From assembly GCF_009914755.1 (NCBI RefSeq), contig NC_060944.1: a stretch of DNA of 64,000 nucleotides. The stretch is one strand, 5' to 3'. Position numbers and translations under genes: made by a program. The notes under the pieces were generated by a model, which saw only the letters and a list, made by a program, of their open reading frames with translations, was not told the DNA's origin and made no database searches. Below, piece by piece: positions 32,401 to 46,072 of the stretch. The first letter of the stretch is position 1. Each line of letters opens with the position of its first letter. Source of the stretch: the human T2T-CHM13v2.0 reference genome, Homo sapiens.

Positions 32401-35400
32401 GGCTGCAAAACGTCCTCTTTGCCCTCATATTATGTGCCATGCTTTTAAGTAGATGTTTGAACAGCATCTCAAAGCCACTGGCTCAAGAAATTGGGTCCAA
32501 ATACACTGGCCAATGTACGTCCACATTCTGTTTGAATTAGAGTATGTTCTGAATTAAAAACAGATCATTTTAAAACGAGTTGATGGATAATAAATAGGAA
32601 AATGTCATATGGCCATGTAGTTAATTCTTCAGTAATTGACTTCAAGTCTTCTGAAATGAAGTTTTATATCATGTTTAGTTTTGAATACAAGTTTAGGGTT
32701 ACTTTATGGTTGGAGTTACTAACTAGTGAATATGACAAGAAAAAAAAATGTCCTAGATAATCACTACATTCGATTTCTAAGAACTTTTATGGTCTAAAGT
32801 AATAGAGCCTTCTTACAAGGATTAACTGAGACTAGGAAATGCTTTTTACAATTCCTGCTTTCATCATCTGCATGACATAGGCTTTGATATTCATTTGCAA
32901 TAGCAGTTTCAGTCATTCTAGCTAATTAAAGTGCAGAACGTGCTTTGAAGACAGGAAACACTGTGGAAGTGCTAAATACTATTATTAAAACCTTACAGCT
33001 AAAGTTTCTGTTTCAGTGGAAACCTATTTATTGTTTCCTAGGCTATTAAAATAATATTATAATTACATTTGCTCTGGGCTCTTGGAAGACAACTTAAAAT
33101 GACCCCAACTAATGAAAGGCCAAGGATAACATTCTTGTCCAAAAACTGAGTGACAGCATTAAGCAGAACAGTATTTTCAAGATTCTAAGCTGTAGCAAGT
33201 CCACTGCTTCAAAAGGTAGACAAGGCATTCTTACTCAGAAAGGAGGATACCCAGGGGCCAAGGAACACAAACTGCCTTTATCACCACGAAGCTGACAAGA
33301 CCACAGAATTCAAACCCTGATGTGGGACGTTGTTCATTGTTGTCAAATATGGAATGTTGGAAAGAAATGTTTCCAGGCCATATCTCCATGTAGTGTGTGA
33401 CACCATCTGTTTAAACAAGTTTTTTCGTTAGGTGACCTAGTGTTTTAGGTTAGGGATGTGTTATGATCTCAACTGGCTGGCTTGGGCATGAAGCAAGTCT
33501 CCTGAGCCAGAGATCTGTGCTTTCCTTGGGCATTTTATACCCAAGATATTCTGCCCTTTGTCCCTCCCTGAAATCTCCATAACTCCCTTCTCTTCCTGAG
33601 CCAGACGAGGGGCCCCTTCCATTGGAAAGCTCTCTCATCTGGACTGTTCCAAGAGTTATGCCAATAGATTGCCCCACTTTCAAAGCATAAACTAGGTACT
33701 TAAAACAGTAATGATCAATTAAATTACTAACTCATATGAAAAGGTCACACATGGTAGCCTCCAAAACTAAAAGACTTGAAAAAAAAAAATCACAACTTTT
33801 AGGGCCTCAAGAGGTCAAATTTGAGGCCAAAAGCTCAGTAAAATCTCTTCTTTCACTTTGTGTGGAGTGAAAACAGACAGCCTAGCTGACCACAAACCAG
33901 CTTGTGTTTCAGCACTCTGGGTGTCATTTGCTTACCTGTAAACCCATGATTCCACCTGCTGTCATTTATTTACAAAGTAAATGCTTTATTTATCCATCAG
34001 TAGTTAGTCATAATAAAATATAGGTGAAACCTACACTTAAAAAATTTTTGTTTTGAAGAGTGGCCTCATAGATTGAGAGCTGAAAGGAGTAAAGCCTGAT
34101 CTTGCGTTACCCATTTCTAGGACAATAGTCCCAATTGTGCCTTGCCTAGGACGCATGTTAGTATATGACATGGGGCAGTTTCACTCCTTTTAAAGTTCAG
34201 GTGTGATGTTTATCTAAAAGGGGAAGGTGGTAATGGAGCTCAGAGATTTCCAAATAAGGAGGCTCTTCATTATATTCATTGTATAACTTTGTAGCTCCTG
34301 GCATAAGTATCTAGGTTGTATTTGTTACTATTTACCTTGTACCTCTTAAAGACAATGTATCTGTGCTTTGCCACAGTAGAAGCAGGAAGGAAGATGCTTT
34401 TGAACAAATGGAGCATAACAAAAATGTCTGGCCTATTCTTCCCTCTTACAAGTCTTTAACAATTTTTAAAAATGACAATCAATCAAATTCAGCCAGGAAT
34501 TTTTAATTTACCATCTAAAGATATAGAACCTGTGCTGTGTCATCAAGCGGTTCTAATTTAGGTGGTGGATGGTAGTGAGCCTCACTATCACTAGTACAGG
34601 CAGCCTAGGAATCATCGATTCTGAGGCCTTACTGCTGAGTTCTCCTATGAGCACATTCAGGTGTATCTGCACAATATTTTTATGCATCTTTGGTTAGGTG
34701 AAAAGCATCAACCTAGGATAGTTCCTTTGAGCATTTTCAAAATAAGGTGTATTTTTGTGTGGAAGAGAGGCCATCCATGATCAGGAGTGTGACAAAAACC
34801 TGGCCCCAACTTTTCAGCCAAGTTCAAGAAAGTCAGGGGTCTGCAGCAGCCCAGGGCAGGACGGTGTCTAGGCTGCGCTTCCTGTTCTTAATTCCAAGTG
34901 TTGTTTGGTGACTTTGAATCGCCCTCTGTTGTCTTTTCAGATTCATAAAAAAGAGGCCTTGTACAATGGGGGCAGCAGTGTACCTGAAGGGGCCAAGAAA
35001 AATAATATGTGGCATCTTCATCTGTCACACCTTTTCTTACTCGAAGTGGAGCAAACTGGGGAAAAGGGGGGAATTTCAGTCATCCGGTTGAATGGCTAAC
35101 AGTGTCTTTTTATTTTCAAAGCTAACTTAAAATGATACAAGTTTGCTCAAGGCCTCTGGTGGTATCAGCCGCCCCATACCCCTGGGGACTGTTAAATGTG
35201 TTTCCATTTATAGGTAGACTTTTCTTTTTTCTCCTTCTCCATCAAACATCTTAAGTTTCATGGGCTCTGTTAAGAAGTCAAAGAAAAAGTTGGAAGACAG
35301 TTTGTGGACTTTGCATATCTGGGCTTTCCGGGACGTAGGCCTGTGTCCCATCCAAGACACTGCTCACGTCTTAGCCTGATTACCTGGCCGCCTCGGCTCA

Positions 35401-36249
35401 CCTGGGCACATGGTGAGCCGCGGAACTGGCAGGCACCAAACATTTATTGAATGAATAAACCGTATCCCAGCAGACACCATGGTGGCAGCAGATGACCTAA
35501 CCAAGGTCCCAGGAAAGGCGGGCTGGGGTCAACTGGTTGAAAATTTAGTAACCCTGCTCCTAATCCCGTGCACTGCTATATCCTAGTGTGCGGCGGGACA
35601 CTTGAGAGTTTTGAAAGAACCCTCAAACAAGTTCACGTTCCGTAAACTACTTTTCCCTCTGTTCCAGAGCCCCCAGGGCGCCCAGGCAAGGCCGCCACCT
35701 CTCCCACCTGGGAGGACGCCTCGAGCACCGACTCCACAGCCACGGCCACCGCTCCTCGGCTCCCGTGACACCGGCGCGCCTGCTGCTTCGAGCAGGGGAG
35801 GCTTTGCACTCCCATCGCACTTTTCTCGTCCGAAGATACGAAACTCCGTCCGGGCGTCGCAAATAATTCGAATTCGGCTCTCTGACACCTACCTCGGCGG
35901 GCGCGCGCCGCTGGGAGGGCGGGGTGGGTGGCTGGAGGTAAGGAGGCGCACAGCAGGGGTAAGCGCCGCCGTCGCACACTTTGCACGCCGCCCAGGGCTA
36001 CACCACTCACCGAAAATTGGGAGGCAGGTCTGGGAGGCGGGGTTGAGCGCCCACCGTCTTGGGCGCGCCCGCGCCCCCCGCCATCGCGGCCCCCGCGCCC
36101 CCGGCCCACGCCCGCGCGGTCCCGGCACCGGCCTGCACCCCCAGGGTGCGCGGCGGCCCATTTGGGTGCGTCCCCGGTGGGCCGATTTTTCGCGCTTCCC
36201 CTTCGGTTTATAGGGGCCGCTGCTATGGGTCGGTCCTCTGAAGAGGCTG

Positions 36250-36477
36250 GGGCGTCATCGGGGCCGGTTAGAAGCTCTGCTCCCCGGCGGGGACACTCAG
36301 TCGCGTCGGCACCGCGGAGCGGGCTGCGTCAGGTGGCTGGCCGGCGCGGCGCGGCGCTCCCCTGCTCTCTGGCTCCGGGCTGCGGCGCGGCGGCTGGAGC
36401 GAGCCCCTGTCCCGGCGCGGGGCGGCGGCGGGCGGCCGGCAGGCGCTGCCTTGCGTGTGAGTGCACCTCACTCACAT
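36250..36477 (+). ncRNA. GNAS: GNAS exon A/B (1A) alternative first exon; splices to exon 2 (non-coding, or Met60-initiated truncated Gs-alpha from ATG 42781)
   Basis: Donor CACAT|GTAAGT at 36477/36478, ~2.4 kb upstream of the Gs-alpha ATG. No ATG within the exon. 5' end approximate. Confidence 0.75.
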
Positions 36478-37004
36478 GTAAGTCGGGGAGCGCCGGGGCC
36501 TCCCGCGGAAGTGCGAGTCGCCCGGCGCAGGCAAGAGCCGCCGGGTCCGGGACAAGGCAGGGGCGCCCGGGCGCCGCTGCCTTGCCCCGGGGCGCCTCCG
36601 GGCACCCCCCAATTCTCTCTCTTTTCTCTTCTCCATTGGCGTGCCCAAGAGCCAAACCAAGGAGCGCCTGAGGGTAAACAGACTCCTGCCATCCGCGCCT
36701 TTGCACTTTTCTTTTTGAGTTGACATTTCTTGGTGCTTTTTGGTTTCTCGCTGTTGTTGGGTGCTTTTTGGTTTGTTCTTGTCCCTTTTTCGTTTGCTCA
36801 TCCTTTTTGGCGCTAACTCTTAGGCAGCCAGCCCAGCAGCCCGAAGCCCGGGCAGCCGCGCTCCGCGGCCCCGGGGCAGCGCGGCGGGAACCGCAGCCAA
36901 GCCCCCCGACACGGGGCGCACGGGGGCCGGGCAGCCCGAGGCCGGGGGCAAGCAGGGAGCCCGGGCCAGGCGCGAGCCGAGCTCCCCGAGGTGGCCGGGC
37001 CACC

Positions 37005-37862
37005 ATGCTGAAGATGGCCATGAAGCTCAAAGCCCGGGCGGCGGAGAGCGAGAAGAAGACGGCCGCGGCGGCTGCCGAGGTGGCTGCCGAAGCTGCGGCG
37101 GCGGCTGCGGCGTTGGCCGAGCCGAGAGAGCCGCTCGCGCCGCGGAAGAGCGGGGACCCCGAGAAGCTCGCGAAGAACCCCAAGAACCCGGCGCGGGAGG
37201 CGCTCCCCGAAAAGTTCCTAACAGACAAGGAGCGCAAGAAGCTCGAGAAGAAGCTGCTGGAGCAGAGGCGAAAGGAGGAGAAGAAGAAGGAGAAGGAGAG
37301 GAAGAAGATGGAGAAGATGCTGAAGAAGAAGAAGAAGAAGGTGCCAGAAGCCCAGGAGGAGGCCCGATGCCCCGAGGCCGCCGCCGCCGCGGCCGCCGCC
37401 GACGACGACGAGGGCGCCGAGGAGGGCGCCGTCGGGGGCGCCGAGGAGGGCGCCGCCGCCGGGGGCACGAGTAGGGCCTGGGCTGACTGGGACACGGACT
37501 CGAGCGACGAGGACGACGCCTACTACGCGGCGCCGCGCGTTGGGGGCATCGTGTGGCGGCCCGGGCCGCTCAAGGCTGGCGCGCTGAGCGCCCACCTGCC
37601 CCTCGTGGTGTTCCTGGTCTTCTCGGTGCGCAGCCCCTCGTGGGTGCTCAACTTCCTGCTGCAGAAGCGCACGGAGCAGGGCCGCGGCTGCGGCTTCGTG
37701 TTCGGGGCGACCTGCTGCTTCCGAGTGTTCCTGGGCTGCGCCTTCTTCTCCTACTTGGGCGGCCGCGCCAAGCGCAGAGGCCGCGGGCGCTCCGGGGCCA
37801 GAGGCGCCTTCGGCTCGGGCCATGGCGCCCGGCGCCGGGGGCGCGAGGAGCGGCTCATCTAG
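37005..37862 (+). CDS. Putative uncharacterised 285-aa ORF (Ala-rich, K/E helix, acidic patch, hydrophobic Cys-containing segment, Arg/Gly tail)
   Basis: GCCACCATG start; frame open from 36720. In 37581-37775, 64/65 codons end in G/C while 33/65 second positions are A/T. No expression evidence available. Confidence 0.5.
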   Translation: MLKMAMKLKARAAESEKKTAAAAAEVAAEAAAAAAALAEPREPLAPRKSGDPEKLAKNPKNPAREALPEKFLTDKERKKLEKKLLEQRRKEEKKKEKERKKMEKMLKKKKKKVPEAQEEARCPEAAAAAAAADDDEGAEEGAVGGAEEGAAAGGTSRAWADWDTDSSDEDDAYYAAPRVGGIVWRPGPLKAGALSAHLPLVVFLVFSVRSPSWVLNFLLQKRTEQGRGCGFVFGATCCFRVFLGCAFFSYLGGRAKRRGRGRSGARGAFGSGHGARRRGREERLI

Positions 37863-38049
37863 TCAGACCCCCCACCCCGCCACCGCCACCAGACACCACC
37901 ATCGCTGTGTAGTGTGGGTTTTTATTCGTGTTCGTGTGTGTGTGTGGACACATTTTCCTTTTCGGTTGCTCTGTCCTTTGGTTCGTGCTCGCCTCGCTTT
38001 TTCCACACTCCGGCTCTCTGGCTCTCTGTGTCTCTCGCTCTTTCGAAAA

Positions 38050-39429
<1,380 letters not shown>

Positions 39430-42400
39430 TAGAGGGAGGGGGACCCGCCTCCGTGGGGTGTGAGATTTGTTGGGAGAGGGAAAGAGGGGAAGAAAGGGGC
39501 GAGGAGAGGAGGGGGTGACGCTGGGGGGCGCCGTGGTGGCGGAGGGGGCCTCGCCAAAGGGAGGCTTTGGCGGGGAGAAGTGGCCGAGGAGAGTGGGGGG
39601 GCTGGTGACATCAGCCCCTCGGAAAGGATCGGAGCGGTAAAGGTGGTGCAGTGGGGGGGAGGGGGCGCAAGGGAGTCGTGGCGCCGGAGTCGGGAGGGGG
39701 GCGGCGAGGGGAGGAGGGAGGGCGGTTGCCGCTGGGCGCGACTTGGTGCGTTTCGGGCAGGACCGACTGACTGTGTGTGCGCGGAGCAGACGTGTCCCGG
39801 GCCAGGCCGGGCCGTGGAAGGAGGAGAAGGAGAGTCAAATAAAATAAGACCACCCCCCAACACCAAAAAATGGATAGAGTTAGTACGAGAAGTGCCCAGT
39901 GAAGCCAAATGACACGTCATTTTACAGTGTGACCTTTTTTTCCCCTTCCAGACTTGCAGGCTTTTTCAAAAGCAGAGCGGAGAATTAATTGTAGCAGCTG
40001 CCCCCCCCACCCACCACGAGCAGCGCCCCCCCAACACTATTTTAATAAACCATTAAAAAAAACACATTTTCCTGCTGGCTGGCCACATTGAGAGTGCTTT
40101 GTGAAAAGAAAAAACAAAGACATTCACAAATCAGATAAAACTGGAGAATGACATTTGTCTGTAAATGGCTTCTTGGTCTGGAAATGGCGTGGTTTCTTTT
40201 TTTTTTTTTTTTTTTTTTTTGTCCTTCTCAAGGTGGGAGGGGGGATTGAGAGTGCTCTAAGGAGACTTTTCCTCCAGGTGGGAAGAGATAAAAAGACATT
40301 AATTAGTTGTTTATCAAGTGACATTTAGTTGTTTGGTTTTGGGTTTTCTTTTTTTGATTGCGATTTTTCCTCTGATTAAAAAAATAATAATAAAATAAAA
40401 AAAGGTTAACTATAAGGAGATGGCCTTTCCTCCTTTTTTTTCTTAAGGTGCTGTTTTGGGGGAAAAAAATGTAATGAAATGACCAAAAGAATTACACAGC
40501 ATTAATTAAAAATGGAAGTTTTCCACTTCCTTGATAATTTGGCTATCTGAATAAATTTGTGAATTTGCTAGGTTAAGACCTAGTTCGTGGTCACATTTCA
40601 ACAAAACAGCTTGAGTATAAAGAAAATAATAAAAGGCTGTTCTTATTTATTTTCCTTTGGTGGCTTTTGGTTTGCTCTTTTTGCATAGGTCATGACTTTG
40701 TTCTCCTGGGTCCAGATTTATAAAAGCAGAAAATTACTAATTAAGTCAAAATAAGTGTCTTTGGTGTTTATGCATTTGCAATTTCAGTAATTAAATGGTA
40801 CATGTGTTGCTGTCTTGTCTAAAACTTTTAAAGGCAGAATTATGCTGTTGGGATATTAGTATGCGTATAACTTGATTTCAAAGTATAAATCTGGAAAAGT
40901 CTAGAATCTTTTCTGTGAATGCTATCTCAGTACTACTTTAAGTCAAGTGTGATGCTAATGATATCTTAAAATTTCCAACACCTTTTGTGCAGTGATCACA
41001 AAGTCTCCACTTAATTTGAGACTGTTACTCAGAACACGCCTTGCGTCACGGGGGCTAATCTAAGTGTCCTAGTCTATATGACTACATTACATCATGATGT
41101 ATTGATTGCCTCTGGCCTAGGAATCTGCAGCTTAAGCCAGTGACACAACATTTTGCATTTTTAAATGGTGATTCTCACCAAATAATGCCTCCCCACAAAA
41201 GAGGAAACCTAATAATGCCCCAAATCCTCTTTTTACTCCATCTTAATGACATAAAAATTAAGTGAATTAGAGAACTACAATGATCTTAAAATAATTTTTC
41301 AGGCACATTTCATAAATGTGGAAACTGAGGCACGGATCTGTTTTTGCCTATGAAAGATAGGTCCTGTAACTGTTACACAGTTTAACACTTCTGAAATTAG
41401 AATATTAGAGATCCTGCTAAATATTACGTATTGTTTCCTTGGCCTCTCTTAATAGTGCCATTTATATTTTTAATTTACCAGAGTTAGGCTCATTAAGATA
41501 GTGTTTGCTTTGAAATCAATGTTTCTGTGGAAACTAATTTTAACTTTTACAGATATTGATTACGGGCTTGTGAAAAGGCAAGTAAAGGAGGAATGCTGTG
41601 CTATCTGGGCATTAAAACAAAACAATACAATTAAAAGTTAAAAAGAAAGAAAAAGGTAATAACAGATTTGTGTGGAAGGAGGGCAAAAAAACTTCACACG
41701 TGGATTATCTGTTGGAGAATGTGCATTGCAAAAAAGATGCAAAATAGCAATCCTCCCTCTAGCTTGATGGAAATGTGTTTTTTCCATGAAACATATATGT
41801 ATTTTTACAAATGAAAGATGATTTAAAATGGAGGCATGTGTTTCTACTCTTTGAGTTGGGAAGGGCTTGGAATCTTTCAAATTCAGTACTTCCCAGGGAT
41901 AGTTTTCCTTTTGATTAAAGTTTTGTTCTTATGTTACTTTTTACTGTTGTTTTTGCAGTTTACCTAATGCTAATAGGGTCTCAGGAACTGTATTTGATGT
42001 TAAAGTGTGGTTTTTCCAGAAGATGACAGATAATTGATGGTCTCCCCTTTTCCTCAGCAACATAGTTGTACCCAGAGGGAATTTATCTTTAGAAAGATAT
42101 AGTTTGTGAGGAAAGAGGAGGATGGATAAGTGGATAAAATGTAATGCAGTTTTAGGGGTGGATTTTTAAGTAGCCCAAGGGGTAGGAAACCTGCACAGAA
42201 AGAAGCTGCGTTGTGAAAATGTTGAGGAGGAAAGTGCTGCATCGCTACGTGATGTGGAAGAGACTGCAGTGTCTGGGCATTGTTGGGAATCCCGGGTATT
42301 TTAACCATGAAACATCTGACAACAAATTATGTGTCTAGATATGTTTATGTGTGAATGTTCATGTATCAGGGATTCAGTTTCACAGTTTTAACTTCAATTT

Positions 42401-42717
42401 TCTTGTTTACCCCACAAATGACAAAATTGCGTCATTCCTTCTCTTTGCCCCTTTCCAACACCACCCCACAATTTTTTAAACAATCAAAAGAAAAATTAAA
42501 ACCAGCAAACCTTAAATTCTTGTTTGTTATTTGGATGGTGAAATACTGCAGGTAGACACTGAATTGGACATTGATTTCCTTTTCTCTGCGTCGAAATGTC
42601 AAGGAAAGTTGCAAGTCTGTGATTTTGTGTTTGGTTTTTTGCATGTTGCTTCTATGGAAAAACAAAACAACAACAGCAGACCTCCCTGCCCAAAGTGTTA
42701 AAATGCCTCCTTCATAA

Positions 42718-42816
<99 letters not shown>

Positions 42817-45800
42817 TAAGTGTCAAATCTGTGCAGGGGGGCACCAAGTAAGAGGAACAGACTTTATACTAACCTTTAGGAAGTATAGGTGGGCTTTGGG
42901 GGCTGGGCAGCCAGTTTTCACTTAATTTTTCCTGATTTACATATTAGAAAATCCTGGGAAGGGCTCTTTAGGGTCCCTCACCCCCCACCCCCTTGGATCT
43001 TTGGTGCAACAAATACTACTGATGAAAGCACCAGTGTTTGTGACAAACATCTCCCTATCCCAAGAAAATCGTGCCTGGTTGCAGGGGACGCTTGACAGCA
43101 CTTGGCCCCGTGACAGCCCCTCTCCGGGCCAGGTCCCTGCCACAGTCTTCGGACATCACTGCAGTGTCTTCAACGTGGCTTTGGCCGCCCCCTCGTCCGG
43201 CCCACGCTGATCACTGCAAATTCACCCCACCCCACCTCACGCAGATTTCAATGTAATGAACCAACACAGGATGTTTTAAACTATTAGGGAAACATTGTTT
43301 CCATAATATTCTCACCAGAAACAGATGTGGAAGTGGCAGCCCGTGTTTACAGTTTCTCATTTTTTTTTGTCCCCCTTTAAATTACCATTATGGGTAAATC
43401 ATTGTTTCCCTTTAAAACAAAAAACAAATCAGTACCCCTGCCTACAGAAAAGAAGAGGGAACATTTATTTAAAGGATGGAAAGACTGGGAGTTAGGCACT
43501 CCCAGCCTCACTGAGGGGCATTTTTGCCTTTGAGAAGTCCTCCCAGGTATCCTGGTATAGCACAATGTGGCAATCCGTAGTGGGAATGAAGATTAAACAG
43601 GAGAGACTTTGTATTAGACCTGTGAGACGAGTTAGGAAGCCCTGCCTGGCATGGGGAATGCAAACAGGGAACATTCAATAAATCGGGGAACTTGCTTTTC
43701 TCCCCAAGACCCCAGATGGGGCCTACCCATCGTTCTCGTGTAACAAAACGTGTAAAAAAAAAAAAAGAAAAAGAAAAAACAAAACAAAAAAACTAAGTTG
43801 ACCAGTCTGTTTTCACTGGTATGAGAGCATTAACCGCACTAGATTTCAAGCACCTGAAGGCACTAGTTTGTAATTACTAGCTGGTTGGCACAGTCCTGTT
43901 CCCTTTCTTAAACTTGGATTCGATTGAAAATTTAACCTTGAGTTGCTTCAGCTTCCATTTCAAAAGGGGAGTTGGAGTCAAGGTGGTAGCGTTTAATTAT
44001 ACCAACCACCCCCCAAAAAAACAAACAAAACAAACAAAAAAACCTTTACTAGTCACTAAGCATCCAGGAAACAAAGGTGAACTTTTTCACCTTTCAGAGC
44101 AAGGCAGGCAGCTCCTTATGGAGAATTCTAGAATTTGTTAGATCAAATAATTGTTTAGAGAAGGATGACATCACCCATACGAATAGTCCTGTTAGTTGAG
44201 GATGCTTTTTCTACTTTAACCCTGAATTCAGAAGGATTGGTTGGGATGCATAGGGGGCTTCTTCACTCATCTGATTATGACTCTCAATGGGTTATCAACA
44301 TGCACATACGTGCTATTGAGTAAGTCAGCATCACTTGTCACCAACCAATTCCGAAATTAATTCTTGACACACCCCTCGATAAAGCCCTGCCAGCGGAGAC
44401 TGCCATCCTGACAATAAATAAATAACCCTGAGACAGACTTCCAACCATGAATCTGTCATTTGAAGAAAAATCTTGCATAAATTTTCCCCCTGCAACTTGC
44501 AGGAGTACTTACTTATTCATGAGAGTAGTTAAGCAAAAATAATTTGACCATGTATCCTCTAGATAAATATTTTGATGAAAACTGGACATGGCTAGCATTT
44601 TTCAAAGATGCAGCAGCCACTGTTTACCTTAGCTTGAGTCGGATGGAAGCTAAGTCACCTTTGAAATAAATTACTGACAGCTTCATTACAGATTGCCCTA
44701 AAATTTAAAAATTTTTATAGAAAGGATTCTCCTCCCTAAGCGAGCCAGCCTGTAACACCAGGCAAGGGTTTTAAACCAGAACTTCTCTTTTCTGTTTTCT
44801 TTTTGGAAAGAGGAAGCAACATTCCCAGTTTGCCTTCTTTGCAGACAAGGGCACAGATACGTTAAATTTAGCCTGTGAGAGGGTTTACAGGGGTATTCCT
44901 CATGGGAGCCTAGATACCTTATTTTTATCTCATCCAACTGCCTCCTTTTTTCTTTTTCCTCACTGCGGTATTGCAACAAAAGCTATTTCCTTCTTAACTA
45001 GGAATTCCCTATGAGACAGTGACATCTGTCCCTAAAGGGTGGTCTGGGTGGTACAGGGTTCTTCCTCCCTGATCTTGCGTTTTGTTAGGGCTCGGCTGAG
45101 CTATTAAATTTGCCTTAACTCTCTGCGGGCTGCCATGCTGATTACATTTTTAAGAGTAAGATAATACTGATTTGACCTTCAGAAATACAGAGGTTGGATG
45201 CGGATTTTCTAACTCAAAACTAACTCTGTTTCTTACATTTAGTGCCAGGAACAAAACAAAAACAAAACATAAACACCATTAACATTGGTTGAACTAAGCT
45301 AATCAATTACCAAACTGTAGAATGCTGCCCTTCGGCCTTCAAGGAGGAATTCCTACTGTTTATGAAGATCGGGTTTGGGTTTTTGGTTTTTTTTTTCTTT
45401 TTCTTTTTTCCGTGGTGGTGGTGGGTGGGCTTTTGTTCTTTTTGTTTTTTCTGTGGTGGTGGTGGGTGGGCTTTTGTTCTTTGAAATTTTTTTTGCTACA
45501 TCACAGTCCAGACATAGTTTAATGACAATTTATGGGGAACAATTATTTATAAATAAAACCATTTTATAGGTAGTTTCCTTCCACTGCAAGAAGTGAGGTC
45601 ATTAGTTTTGCAGGAAATCCTGGGCAGAAATCTCCCCCGTTTATGCCTTTATGCCTTAAGTTACAACCTTGGGAAGATTCTGACCTGGGAGAATTAGGAG
45701 CCTTATGCGCTGCCATATTCTCCAAAGAATTGTGAGATAAATCACTGCTTTAGCTCCCTAATGCGTGTACGTTTAGTGAAAGCACAAGAAAACAATTATC

Positions 45801-46072
45801 CATCCCTCCTGTCTCCGACCAGAGTCTCCAGAGAGCTCTGTTAATACTGCAGCAAAGGTGTGGGATTCTTCCCCCATGGCCTGCAGTCTCAGTGGATGTT
45901 CCAATTTAGCCAGAAAGGCGACCTAAGAATTGCCGGGAGGATGGATGGCTGGCGCGCGAATTGTTGCTTTTGCTCTTGGCTGATGGTTGAGGAATGTAGA
46001 GAGACTGTGTGGGGTTTGTGTGACACTGCGGTGCCTTGCAGATTAGGTGAGCTTTCAATCTCTCTTTAAAAG

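Larger units (their letters stand above)
35590..37900. promoter_or_regulatory. CpG island / exon A/B (1A) DMR and promoter
   Basis: CpG-dense region ~1-3 kb upstream of Gs-alpha exon 1. Identity as the A/B DMR (methylation lost in PHP1B) is prior knowledge. Confidence 0.8.

Noticed and set aside
36329-37823. Long minus-strand ORFs (388 aa at 36329-37495, 201 aa at 37218-37823)
   Set aside because: The 388-aa ORF has a non-ATG start and poly-F/S content. Both are best explained as shadows of GC-rich, periodic plus-strand sequence.
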